Virus record (IMG/VR): IMGVR_UViG_3300033143_005075
Span: 1-64,000 of that record
Source: an uncultured virus (IMG/VR IMGVR_UViG_3300033143_005075)
Lineage: Duplodnaviria; Heunggongvirae; Uroviricota; Caudoviricetes
Length of the DNA stretch: 64,000 nucleotides
Strand: one strand, 5' to 3'
Positions within the stretch are counted from its first letter, which is position 1; each line of letters opens with the position of its first letter. Below, piece by piece: positions 29,685-39,188 of the stretch. Below the pieces are notes generated by a model, which saw nothing but the letters and a program-made list of their open reading frames with translations, searched no databases and was not told the DNA's origin. A program made the translations under genes and the position numbers.

Positions 29685-30404
29685 ATGCGTAAGCGAATCA
29701 AGTATACTCTGATTGCTCTTGTCGCCCTGACCTTCGTGCTCATTACCGAGAGCAACCTCCATAGCGGTAGCGACAGTTTTATGAGTATGATCAGAAATGA
29801 GATGAAGATGTATTCTCCCAAGACACTTAAGCTCGAGGGAAGAATCATGAAATCGATAGCAAGTGCTACAAGGAAGCAAATCATTGAGCCTCCACTAGTC
29901 ACTGCTATCATGTCAAATGAAAGTGCTTACAAGCAATATGCATACAGTCCAAAGAAAGCCAGGGGACTGATGCAGCTCGTAAGACTCGGAGCCAAGCAGG
30001 CTGAATGGGAAACTGGAAGAAGCTACTTTGACCCAGTAAAGAATACCAATGGTAAAATCATTGGCTGGGAGCTCAACAAATGGAAAGTATATAACATAGA
30101 GAATAACATTCATGGTGGGGTTGGCCTTCTTGAATGGCTAGCTAAAAAGTATCCCATGTACTACGAAGATGGTACAATGGACGAAGACAACCTTAAGGTA
30201 GTCATCGAACTATACAATGTAGGATGGGGAAACTACCACTATTATAATGTAAGAAACGCTAAGTATGTTCGTGATGTTATGCGTATCTATAAGAGACATA
30301 GGAAAGCATTCTATGATTCATATGGTACCGATGAAGGATTCAACAAGTACTGTAAGAACCAATACAAGAAGAAAAGAATCAGCAAAAGACGCAGTAGAAA
30401 GTAA
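29685..30404 (+). CDS. lytic transglycosylase (SLT) with N-terminal signal/TM
   Basis: AIMSNES, ARGLMQL, YNVG. Confidence 0.85.
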   Translation: MRKRIKYTLIALVALTFVLITESNLHSGSDSFMSMIRNEMKMYSPKTLKLEGRIMKSIASATRKQIIEPPLVTAIMSNESAYKQYAYSPKKARGLMQLVRLGAKQAEWETGRSYFDPVKNTNGKIIGWELNKWKVYNIENNIHGGVGLLEWLAKKYPMYYEDGTMDEDNLKVVIELYNVGWGNYHYYNVRNAKYVRDVMRIYKRHRKAFYDSYGTDEGFNKYCKNQYKKKRISKRRSRK

Positions 30405-30420
30405 CTGCTGCACAAAATAT

Positions 30421-30772
30421 GGAGTAGTATCTCAGCGGAAGAGAACTTTTCCTCCCGCCTCGATGGTGTATGACAAGGAAGGTCAGGAATATCCCACTTC
30501 CACGGAATTATAGTGGCTTCGGCCCGTGTTTGGTCTATGACCTGCGCCCGTATAAGGAAGATGGCGAAAGCCGAGGGATCTCCGTGATCGTCCTAGATCC
30601 AAGCGATTCTGAGAAGGATTAGAGGACTGTCTGGCTTACAGTCGGACGGCGCTCTCTATGGGGTCTCAGGGGTAGCTATTGGGTTAGGCGCCACTCAGGG
30701 TGAGTACGCTTAGAGTACCCTTGCGGGAACCAGCGAAAAGTCGCCGTGGGTTCGAGTCCCACCTACTCCACC
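30421..30772 (+). ncRNA. tRNA-framed large structured RNA (interrupted tRNA or tmRNA-like)
   Basis: Acceptor GGAGTAG (30421) / CTACTCC-A-CC (30763-30772), D arm TCTC/GAGA, stem ACTTTTC/GAAAAGT, T arm GTGGG-TTCGAGT-CCCAC; ~280 nt hairpin-rich insert replaces the anticodon loop. Confidence 0.75.
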
Positions 30773-30800
30773 TAAAACAAACCCTAATAAGGAGATAAAT

Positions 30801-31970
30801 ATGAAGATTAACGGAGGAGAACTTGTTGAGCATTTCTCCAGGCTAAGATCTCTTACAGCACCATCCATTGATTCAAAACGGGTGGTGTTGTTTTCTAAAG
30901 GAGCAAGCCTGGTATCTGTTGTCTCATCAGCATCCGCACGCGCGATTACAGTGATGCAAATGCCAGTCGAAGAGGGAAAGGATCCAGATACATTTGGTCC
31001 TATTGCTATTGACTTCCAAAGATTCCTGAATGTCCTTATGACATGTAGGGAAGGCAATGTTGAAATGCGAATTGGCAAAAACATACAGATTAGAGGACCA
31101 GGTGGACGGTTCAGCCTGTCAGCAAATGAGTTAGACATGGAACAAATGAAACCCATGTTAGTTGACGCAGCGAAGGACACCTATGAAGATATCTTGGTTA
31201 TGAGTCCTAACACGCTCTCTGTATTCACAGAGATAATCTCCAGCTTATCTATCGGAGACGTCAAGGGTGCTACCTTCAAAGTGATTATTCATACAGAACC
31301 TGGGCAAGCCAATATTGCTATTGGTTGTAACTCTGTGATCGCAACCCTTGATATCAAGAACAAGGGCATAACAAGTACTATGGATGTAGAGACAAACTCT
31401 AAATCTCTAATGCAAGCAGTCAGAGCCATAGGACAAAGCACGAAGAAAGCACCACTTAAGATCAGCATCGGAGACAAGATCGTCAGACTCGAGAACGACT
31501 CATGTAAAATAATCATGTCATACTCAAAGACAGAGGGCGGCACTGGTATTGCGCAGATCCGTAAGCTACATGGTCTTATGAAAACTGTCGCTAGTACCAT
31601 GGAGGTTCCAGTCAAGAAACTCAGAGATGCACTCTCTACAGCTACCATGATGGCTGGTCCTGGACTACAACTCCCAATGGCATTTAAATCTTCGGGCGTG
31701 CACCTTGGAGTTCAAACATCATCTGGTAGCTTCAGTACAACAGTGAACGGTTCTTCATATAAACTTACGGGTAAAGAGACAGATGTTAAGTGTGTAGCAG
31801 GAATGTTCTCGAGGATGCTAAAATGTGTCGGTGATGCAGCCGAAGAAGACAAGGTCGGTATCCGAGTCTACCAAGTAAACCAGAAGAACTTCTATGTTAA
31901 CATGGCTGGTGGAGTAAAGGGAGAAGACTCCAGGATCTCATACGCCTTCAAGATGGTAAAGAATAAATGA
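30801..31970 (+). CDS. DNA polymerase sliding clamp, DnaN (beta)-like
   Basis: 389 aa with repeated beta-alpha-beta pattern typical of the three-domain clamp; replication context; no diagnostic catalytic motif exists. Confidence 0.55.
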   Translation: MKINGGELVEHFSRLRSLTAPSIDSKRVVLFSKGASLVSVVSSASARAITVMQMPVEEGKDPDTFGPIAIDFQRFLNVLMTCREGNVEMRIGKNIQIRGPGGRFSLSANELDMEQMKPMLVDAAKDTYEDILVMSPNTLSVFTEIISSLSIGDVKGATFKVIIHTEPGQANIAIGCNSVIATLDIKNKGITSTMDVETNSKSLMQAVRAIGQSTKKAPLKISIGDKIVRLENDSCKIIMSYSKTEGGTGIAQIRKLHGLMKTVASTMEVPVKKLRDALSTATMMAGPGLQLPMAFKSSGVHLGVQTSSGSFSTTVNGSSYKLTGKETDVKCVAGMFSRMLKCVGDAAEEDKVGIRVYQVNQKNFYVNMAGGVKGEDSRISYAFKMVKNK

Positions 31971-32389
31971 ATGGCTTTCATGTAAATACACAGCTCGGCA
32001 GGACTACTGCATCCCTTCGCCGAGCTTTAATAAGTAACGGCTGGGCAGTTGGTAGTCCCATACCACATGAAACTCTCTTACCAACGGGAACTGATGAAGT
32101 TCCCAGAGTATATCTCTACTCTGAAGGAGAGAGTACTACGTATGTCATACTCCCAGATAAAATAACTCCACCTGAGAACTATTCACCAGATGATTATATC
32201 ATAAGAACACTAGAAAATCATGGACACTCCGCCAAATCATCTACTGCAAATGACTTCAAGAATCTACTTACATCTGCACGCATTAATAATCCAAATATTA
32301 CAAACTCATTAGATGAAGCAGATAAGTCTGCTCGTATTCTCAGAAACTATAAGTGCATCATGATGGCACTAGCAAGGAAAGAACAATGA
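31967..32389 (+). CDS. hypothetical protein
   Basis: Coupled ORF. Confidence 0.55.
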   Translation: MNGFHVNTQLGRTTASLRRALISNGWAVGSPIPHETLLPTGTDEVPRVYLYSEGESTTYVILPDKITPPENYSPDDYIIRTLENHGHSAKSSTANDFKNLLTSARINNPNITNSLDEADKSARILRNYKCIMMALARKEQ

Positions 32390-32679
32390 AAAAGAGCACC
32401 GCAAAGCTGAAAGCAGATGTCCAATGGGTAATATCAGACAGACTAGCTCAAAAAGTTGTTCTCATCATGAAAGAATACGATACGAAGACTCACCAGTCCA
32501 GAACATCTGTGCTCTTCTTCGAGAGTACTCCTAAAGCAAAAGTATACGCAAGAAAACTAGCTAGATGCAGACAGGATATAGATTATGATTTCTGCACTGG
32601 TATGATTTCTTATACCTCTAAGCCATTGAATATTGGCTCAATCGAGAGAAAAGAAAGAGAGGTACGTAACAGACCATGA
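32386..32679 (+). CDS. hypothetical protein
   Basis: ATGA coupling. Confidence 0.55.
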   Translation: MKKSTAKLKADVQWVISDRLAQKVVLIMKEYDTKTHQSRTSVLFFESTPKAKVYARKLARCRQDIDYDFCTGMISYTSKPLNIGSIERKEREVRNRP

Positions 32680-33221
32680 CGCACACTATAGATACAGAAT
32701 GCTCAGCGGATGATCTCCAGACTTTCTTAGACACCTTCGAGAAAGTCGCAATTGCAGATGCAGGAATGGGTCAACACCATCCGCACCTCCAAGTACTCTC
32801 CGAAGATGAGTGTAAGAAGATCGCACCAAAGAACATTCGCGCAATCAATATGATCAAAGAGATTATCAAGATGAAGAAAAAGGACGAGGAAGAGCTCAAA
32901 GAGATAGACGAAAGGCTAAGTACTATAACCATCTGTCCGCACTGCTTTTGCATGACTCATACTATTGACAAAAAATGTGGCAAATGCAAGAAGGTAAAGT
33001 ATCCTGAAGCACAAAGAATGCAATGCACTCGGTGCAATCAGACATGGACGGAAGAACTGAGAGGGGGAGAATCTGTTGAATATAAACGTACAACTAGTGA
33101 CCAATATGATCTTAATGCATTCTATAAAATTCTCTCTCTGCCTTACGAACATGAAGTATCTTTGATTACATGCCCGAAGTGTTGCAGACATGATAAGGTT
33201 AAGAAGCATGAAGATAAATAG
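32676..33221 (+). CDS. zinc-finger protein
   Basis: Four CxxC pairs. Confidence 0.6.
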   Translation: MTHTIDTECSADDLQTFLDTFEKVAIADAGMGQHHPHLQVLSEDECKKIAPKNIRAINMIKEIIKMKKKDEEELKEIDERLSTITICPHCFCMTHTIDKKCGKCKKVKYPEAQRMQCTRCNQTWTEELRGGESVEYKRTTSDQYDLNAFYKILSLPYEHEVSLITCPKCCRHDKVKKHEDK

Positions 33222-34704
33222 ATATTGTATCATCGAACCAAACGATACTATCGAACGAGATGCATTAAGGAAATCATTGACGATCGCAAACCCACTTCAT
33301 AAAAGCCAGTCCAAATTTGCAGGAAAGACTGATGTACCAGAAACAATCTTCCTCTACTCGGAAGACGAACTAGGAAGCATCCTTATTCCGAGACACTTCC
33401 TAGCTGACAACAAGAACGCCTACTGGTCCATAATTACAGAAAACATGGAGCAGCTGTATTCAACTGATGATCTACCTGATAAGCCAATCAAGATCAGTTG
33501 GACCAAGAAGAAGACCTGCCAGCTAAGAAGAGACCAACAAGCCGCGGTCGAAGCATTAGCTACATCATGTGATCTCTTACATGCAGATTGTGGATCAGGA
33601 AAGACTGTAGTCTGTGTCGGACTCATCAACAAACTCAAGGTCAGAACCGCGGTATTGGTTAACCAGGAATTCCTCGCTAATCAATGGAAGGACTCTCTCC
33701 TGAAGTTCACTAACCTCACAGAGGATGACATTAAGATCAATGCTGGTGGAAAACTGGATCACTCAGGCAAAGTAAATATCTGCCTAGTCCAAACTCTAAT
33801 TCGTCGTGACTATGAAGACAACCAGGAGTTCTATGATGCACACAGCTTAGTCATAGCAGATGAAGTCCATACTTCAGTAGGATCTTTCAAGTTCAGAGAA
33901 GCCATCGAGAAATTTCCCTGCGCCAGGAAGGGCGTTACTGCCACCATCCAGAGGACAGATAAGCTTCGAGTATTCATGTGGGTCATCGGTAACAGAATCC
34001 ATAGGATGGAAACAAACATGCTTATTCCCGACATCCGATTCCTGGATACCAGGATGGCTGTCCCCGACAACAAGTACGCCATGTGGCGCAGAGAGAATGG
34101 ACAATGGATTAACAAAGGTGATAACATGCCTAAATTAATAAACATTCTTGTATCAGACAAGGAGAGAAATAAACGTATCGCCGAGCTCATAATGAAGAAG
34201 TATGCTGGCGGACGAAATGTAATTATCTTAACACATCGAAGAGACCACACTAAGGTTCTGTACGAACTGTGCGATAAGATCCCAGACAAAGAAAAGCTGA
34301 TTATGGTCGGGGGTAAGGGATTCAAAGACCACCCAGGATGCGAGGAGAAAAATGAGCCACACATCACATTCGCTACCTTCCAATACGTTAGACAAGCATT
34401 GGACATACCGAGACTGGATCTCATCGTCTTCACTACCCCATTCGCTGCTAAGAATGATGTGCAACAGGCTATCGGCCGGGTACTCAGACAGTACCCCGGG
34501 AAGCCAAAGCCGGAAGCATATTATATATACGATAGCGAAACGACAGGAGCAATGAGAAGAGCGAGGGCGGTTCAGAAACATTGCAACGCTCTTGGTTATA
34601 CTGTAGTAAAGGAAGCAGTGTATCCTCTCCAAGGTACAGGAAGAGGCATGATCAACAACAAATCTGGATTAATAGCTAAGTCCTTACAGGACGCGGGGTT
34701 ATAG
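33208..34704 (+). CDS. superfamily 2 helicase (UvsW/XPB-like)
   Basis: LRRDQ, CGSGKT, DEVH, TAT, QAIGRVLR. Confidence 0.9.
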   Translation: MKINRYCIIEPNDTIERDALRKSLTIANPLHKSQSKFAGKTDVPETIFLYSEDELGSILIPRHFLADNKNAYWSIITENMEQLYSTDDLPDKPIKISWTKKKTCQLRRDQQAAVEALATSCDLLHADCGSGKTVVCVGLINKLKVRTAVLVNQEFLANQWKDSLLKFTNLTEDDIKINAGGKLDHSGKVNICLVQTLIRRDYEDNQEFYDAHSLVIADEVHTSVGSFKFREAIEKFPCARKGVTATIQRTDKLRVFMWVIGNRIHRMETNMLIPDIRFLDTRMAVPDNKYAMWRRENGQWINKGDNMPKLINILVSDKERNKRIAELIMKKYAGGRNVIILTHRRDHTKVLYELCDKIPDKEKLIMVGGKGFKDHPGCEEKNEPHITFATFQYVRQALDIPRLDLIVFTTPFAAKNDVQQAIGRVLRQYPGKPKPEAYYIYDSETTGAMRRARAVQKHCNALGYTVVKEAVYPLQGTGRGMINNKSGLIAKSLQDAGL

Positions 34705-34752
34705 TATCGAAGCCAAAAACGCGCTCATAGGAGCATTCTAAGGGGTATCTAA

Positions 34753-35079
34753 ATGGCTGACACACATGATCTATCTTCAATAAGGATAAATAGCTTTGAG
34801 GAGTCCGTACGTGCATCTGAGAGGCCTTCTACAACTCTTCCAGAGGGATGGTTCGAGTGTGGCAAATGTCGCACTATATATAATGCATCTATGGTTCTCG
34901 GTGTTAAGTTTCAGTTTAGTGATAAATTCTATTGTGAAGGCTGCTCCGATAAAGTACTGTTAGAACATCTTGGAGAGAAGGAGTTCAAGAAGTTTCGGAT
35001 AGGAGTTCTTGGACCATCAATGGATGACATATTCGATCCACACAAAGAGGAGAAACAAAATGAACTGGAAGAACTTTGA
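34753..35079 (+). CDS. zinc-finger protein
   Basis: CGKC...CEGC; C-terminal DDIFDP. Confidence 0.6.
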   Translation: MADTHDLSSIRINSFEESVRASERPSTTLPEGWFECGKCRTIYNASMVLGVKFQFSDKFYCEGCSDKVLLEHLGEKEFKKFRIGVLGPSMDDIFDPHKEEKQNELEEL

Positions 35080-35563
35080 TGGAATGGACCTTACATTAAT
35101 GATTATTACTGTAACATTATCTATAATATTCGGAGGAATCATTGGAGGATGCAATGATAATGCCCAGATACGTGAAGCAGTTTACACAGCAAGACAAGAA
35201 GACAGAATGAAGATGCTAAAAGATCGAGAAGGATCAGAGACTAAGCATGAGAAGAAGGAAACAAACCTCATGAATGTAGCCAAAGAGCTTACAGCATCCA
35301 ATGACTTCAATCCTGGAATCAACTTCTACGTCAGTAAGGTAACTGCTAGAGACGGAAGAAAGATTCATTGGTGTGATAACGTTGGGATCAACGCTGCGGA
35401 CGCTAGCAAAGGAAAAGTCGTGAGCTACCGACTCACGAAGGATCAGGTCAGAGTCCTGTCCCTCCACACAAACGAAAGCTACAGGAAACTAGGTGAATAT
35501 GTACTAGCTAAGATCGAGCAATACAACGCGGAGGTACTGGAAGCCAATGAAGCAGAGTATTAG
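35060..35563 (+). CDS. membrane-anchored / lipoprotein-like protein
   Basis: TM helix ending IIGGC; GAGGAG RBS. Confidence 0.55.
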   Translation: MNWKNFDGMDLTLMIITVTLSIIFGGIIGGCNDNAQIREAVYTARQEDRMKMLKDREGSETKHEKKETNLMNVAKELTASNDFNPGINFYVSKVTARDGRKIHWCDNVGINAADASKGKVVSYRLTKDQVRVLSLHTNESYRKLGEYVLAKIEQYNAEVLEANEAEY

Positions 35564-35993
35564 CAGGAATGGTGAGATGCATACTAATAAAGAAATACAA
35601 GCAGCCATCCAAGTTCTCATGGAAACTCTTGTTGAGGGCAGTAACGAAGCCACTGACAGTCCATACTGGTTGATCATTGATCCCTGCACATTAGAGAGAA
35701 ATAGAGACGATGATGAAGCAGAAGATCCAGATATTTACAGAGTTGCACACTGTATATCTGGAATCTTCTTCTCTAGAAAAGATGCGGAAGACTTCCTAGA
35801 GGCTACTCGTTATAACTATTCAGATAAGGCGAGGGTATACTGCCATTCTGGGTGGAGATCACGAAAGTACAAAGCATTCTGCAAGGCACTTCGGATTGGC
35901 TACGGAGATCCGATTGAGAAATTCGAGATAGCGCATCGTCAAGGAAAAGAAGATCATGAGGCAATCATAAAAGATGCCAAGGAGAACCCATAA
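35547..35993 (+). CDS. hypothetical phage protein
   Basis: ORF with NEATDSPYWLIIDP and FFSRKDAE. Confidence 0.6.
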   Translation: MKQSISRNGEMHTNKEIQAAIQVLMETLVEGSNEATDSPYWLIIDPCTLERNRDDDEAEDPDIYRVAHCISGIFFSRKDAEDFLEATRYNYSDKARVYCHSGWRSRKYKAFCKALRIGYGDPIEKFEIAHRQGKEDHEAIIKDAKENP

Positions 35994-36991
35994 TGGACCA
36001 AAATATATACAACGCAATAAGACCCAAGCGTCTCAGCGAGATGTTTCCGACATCTAATTCCCTAAAGCACGTGAAGGAACTCATGGAGACAGGGAAGATG
36101 GGCAGAAGCGTCTTTCTATATGGTGAGTCTGGCTGCGGCAAGACCACTCTCGCCAGGATTATTGCTAGGTTCCTGAACTGTGAATCTAAAGATGAGAAAC
36201 CATGTGGTGTCTGTGCACAATGTACGAATGCTGATATGTGGTCTATCATAGAGACCAACGCCGCGGACCAACGTGGCATTGACGATATGAGATCATTAAT
36301 AGATGAGGTGGCAGTCCCACCCCTGAACTCAGAAATCAAGACAGTTATCCTAGACGAATGTCACCAATTATCTAAGGACGCCCAAAATGTAATTCTGAAA
36401 GTGCTAGAGGAGTGTCCAGACCACCTCTGTATGATCATGTGTACGACTGAACCCATGAAGGTACTTCCAACCATCCGAAACAGATGTTACCAAATCGGAT
36501 TCGATAGTCTAGCATACTCACAGTCTAAAGAGTTCATGGAATATATCACCAAGAGAATGCTCGATGGTGGTTATATTGATGAGGTCCGTACGATGATGGA
36601 ACCCACTAGAGATACCATTATAGGCATGGCTCGGGGATCTGCTAGACAGCTTACTGTCCTAACTTATATCTTTCAGAGAACTGGTGCCGTTTCCGAAATG
36701 CATGAGGAACGAGAGATTCTAATGAGAGACTTTGCCAGGGTGATTCTAGGTAGCTGCAGATGGCGAGAAATGGTTGACCTTATTAAGGGAGTCAAAACTG
36801 ATCACGAAGCAGTTAGAATCCATATGGTGAACTACTTCGCTGCAATTGCCATGAGAGAGCGAAAGACTAAGCTTCAGAGATGTCACGAGCTTCTAATGTG
36901 CATGAGGGCTCCTCTGGAGATGACAAACCAGAAAGCTGACTTTATTGCAAGAATGCTGGACATTGCAAGAATTTGTGCAGCAATTCAATAA
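35993..36991 (+). CDS. dnaX: DNA polymerase III gamma/tau-like clamp loader
   Basis: RPKRL, GESGCGKTT, Zn module NC...PCGVCAQC, LDECH, TIRNRC, GSAR. Confidence 0.9.
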   Translation: MDQNIYNAIRPKRLSEMFPTSNSLKHVKELMETGKMGRSVFLYGESGCGKTTLARIIARFLNCESKDEKPCGVCAQCTNADMWSIIETNAADQRGIDDMRSLIDEVAVPPLNSEIKTVILDECHQLSKDAQNVILKVLEECPDHLCMIMCTTEPMKVLPTIRNRCYQIGFDSLAYSQSKEFMEYITKRMLDGGYIDEVRTMMEPTRDTIIGMARGSARQLTVLTYIFQRTGAVSEMHEEREILMRDFARVILGSCRWREMVDLIKGVKTDHEAVRIHMVNYFAAIAMRERKTKLQRCHELLMCMRAPLEMTNQKADFIARMLDIARICAAIQ

Positions 36992-36997
36992 AAGTAC

Positions 36998-37026
36998 TTG
37001 ACAAGATTAAGATAATGAGTTACATA
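36998..37026 (+). promoter_or_regulatory. putative sigma70-like promoter
   Basis: TTGACA at 36998 in the intergenic gap; imperfect -10 (TTACAT/TACATA). Confidence 0.4.
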
Positions 37027-37057
37027 TTTCGTATCGCATAACAACCAAGGGAGAACA

Positions 37058-37534
37058 ATGAAGGTAAGCGATCATTTAGTAAACGTATTGCGTCAGATAA
37101 TCAAGTTTGGATTGTCTGAAGCAGAGGGCTCACGATACTTTGATGAGCATATTCGTTCCAACAAAAAGACACTGGAAGAACTGATCAAGCTAGACTGGGC
37201 TCCTCCATCATTCAAGTTCTTCTTAAAACTTCATAGTACTGATGCACCTAGATGTCCTGACTGTGGTACACGCATGAACGTTGACTGTCCAGCCGCTAAA
37301 TGCCCAAGACGAGACTGTAATGAAGCCATCTATCTAAATTATCCTGAATCAGAAGAAATGTGTAAAGCTTGTGTATCATATAAGATGAGATCTTGTCCGT
37401 TCCCCTTTGGAGGGAATGGCAGAACAAAAGGAGAGAAAAATGCCAAAAGGAAAGAAGAACAAGGCGCAAGAATTACTCGAAGTAACAACGAGAGCAATGA
37501 CAGCCAAAGCAAAAGACAAACGATTAAACATTGA
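37058..37534 (+). CDS. Cys-rich zinc-binding protein
   Basis: CPDC, CPAAKC, CKAC. Confidence 0.55.
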   Translation: MKVSDHLVNVLRQIIKFGLSEAEGSRYFDEHIRSNKKTLEELIKLDWAPPSFKFFLKLHSTDAPRCPDCGTRMNVDCPAAKCPRRDCNEAIYLNYPESEEMCKACVSYKMRSCPFPFGGNGRTKGEKNAKRKEEQGARITRSNNESNDSQSKRQTIKH

Positions 37535-38609
37535 GATCATAAAAGCATCCGAGCTAAGAAGTCAGGAGTATATACCAACAGGTAACCCAGCATTTGATTT
37601 AGTATTCGGAGGCTGGCCACGTGGTATGTTCTCATGTATCTATGGCGGACCCGGATGTGGAAAGACAAGTCTTATTATGCAGGCTATTGCACATGAACAA
37701 AGTTTGAACATGGGAATATTCATAGCTGAATCTGAACAAAGCTTCTCAAAGAAATGGGCAGTAACACACGGAGTTGACCTCGAGAACCTAGTTATGACAC
37801 AAAGCACAGATCTTGGTAGTGTCCTAGATGCTGTCGTCAGGATCGCAGCGACTGGCAAATGTGATGTCATCTACGTTGACTCTCTCGCTACTCTAAGTCC
37901 TAAAGAGATGAGAAAGAAGGGAGTCGATGAAGATGACATGGCAATCGTAGCTAGAAGACTCGGTCGATTCTTCCAGATTGCTCCTGAGACCATTAAGAAA
38001 TCAAATACTGCTATTGTATTTGTTACCCAGAAAAGAGATTCATTAGATCTATTCTCTGGTGGTCTGGAACAATATCCTGGAGGCAACGCTCTCAAACATC
38101 AATTGGCAATGGCTATCAATGTACGAAGGTCTGGAAAGTCCGCTCAAAGAGACGGCGGAGCCAAGTTCATACAAGACAGACACAAAATTGGCTTTGCCAG
38201 TATGTGGAAAGCAATAAAATCCAAGGTTGATGTTACTGAGAATACAGGTGTCCTCCTCGACTTCTTCTTTGGAAGCGGATTTGATAATAAGAGTACTGTA
38301 TTCGAACTAGCACTTGGACATGGCATTCTGGAGAAGAATGGTCCAGGAGGATATAAGTTCATGGCGAACGATGGTAGCACATATGATCAACATGGATCAG
38401 AGAATGTTCTTCGTGACATCAGAACCAATGATGGATTATACAATCAAATGATAGAATCAATCAAGACAAGATGTAAACCAGGTAACTTCACGAACCCACC
38501 TTCTGATGTGGATACGGAGTACGAACAAGAAGCCATCCAAGATGAGAAAGCAAGAATGGAATCAAAACCAGAGGACAAAAAGACCGAGGAGAAACCAGCT
38601 AAGAAATGA
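37440..38609 (+). CDS. recA: RecA/UvsX recombinase
   Basis: IPTG, GGWPRG, GGPGCGKT, VDSLATL, PGGNALKH. Confidence 0.9.
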   Translation: MPKGKKNKAQELLEVTTRAMTAKAKDKRLNIEIIKASELRSQEYIPTGNPAFDLVFGGWPRGMFSCIYGGPGCGKTSLIMQAIAHEQSLNMGIFIAESEQSFSKKWAVTHGVDLENLVMTQSTDLGSVLDAVVRIAATGKCDVIYVDSLATLSPKEMRKKGVDEDDMAIVARRLGRFFQIAPETIKKSNTAIVFVTQKRDSLDLFSGGLEQYPGGNALKHQLAMAINVRRSGKSAQRDGGAKFIQDRHKIGFASMWKAIKSKVDVTENTGVLLDFFFGSGFDNKSTVFELALGHGILEKNGPGGYKFMANDGSTYDQHGSENVLRDIRTNDGLYNQMIESIKTRCKPGNFTNPPSDVDTEYEQEAIQDEKARMESKPEDKKTEEKPAKK

Positions 38610-38845
38610 GTGCATATTGCCCAAAAAGTTGTCAGTATATCAAGCAAGATATACTTAGCTCACATAAGATACCACGATATGATTGTTCCAAGTTTGGTGG
38701 ACATCTAGACATAAAGTATATGGAAAGCAAGAGATTCAGATTCATTCGTGTACCAACATGTAGGAACAGAGAATTCGACGACATCGATGAAGACATATAC
38801 CATGAAAGAAAGGAAAGCAATGGACAAGAAGAACCCGCTGCTTGA
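38606..38845 (+). CDS. small Cys-containing protein
   Basis: ATGA coupling. Confidence 0.45.
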   Translation: MSAYCPKSCQYIKQDILSSHKIPRYDCSKFGGHLDIKYMESKRFRFIRVPTCRNREFDDIDEDIYHERKESNGQEEPAA

Positions 38846-39188
38846 TACAACATATGCAACGATTATTGGCAAAGAAAAGATACGACTTCTCTCGAAGAAG
38901 CAAGCAAAACAGGTAATCTCACAAGTAGAAAAGAACTGCTCAGATATAGAGATAGCCAAGAAGATTAGAGAAATCGCTTGGTTATATGGTGCTAGTGTCT
39001 TCGGAGTTGCTACGTGCATACTTGGTACACCTAAAGAAACATCAGAGATGATTCTACAAGCAGAATGGAGTCTCAAGGGAAGCATCTTACCATGTAAGGT
39101 AAAGCTCACAGTGGCAATGAAGGGCTTACTCCATTTCCTAGATATGATCAATAAGAATGTTGGTATACCTCAAGGGGGAAGATATTGA
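38748..39188 (+). CDS. hypothetical protein (start probably 38802 or 38820)
   Basis: ORF track. Confidence 0.5.
   Translation: MYQHVGTENSTTSMKTYTMKERKAMDKKNPLLDTTYATIIGKEKIRLLSKKQAKQVISQVEKNCSDIEIAKKIREIAWLYGASVFGVATCILGTPKETSEMILQAEWSLKGSILPCKVKLTVAMKGLLHFLDMINKNVGIPQGGRY

Noticed and set aside
30265..30513. 82 aa ORF over the SLT end and the tRNA-framed RNA
   Set aside because: Overlaps better-supported features; no RBS or motif
30421..30772. Firm call as tmRNA, RNase P RNA or group I intron
   Set aside because: No G3-U70 pair or Ala-ending tag found; no GAGGAAAGTCC; no recognisable P7 core motifs; left as unclassified
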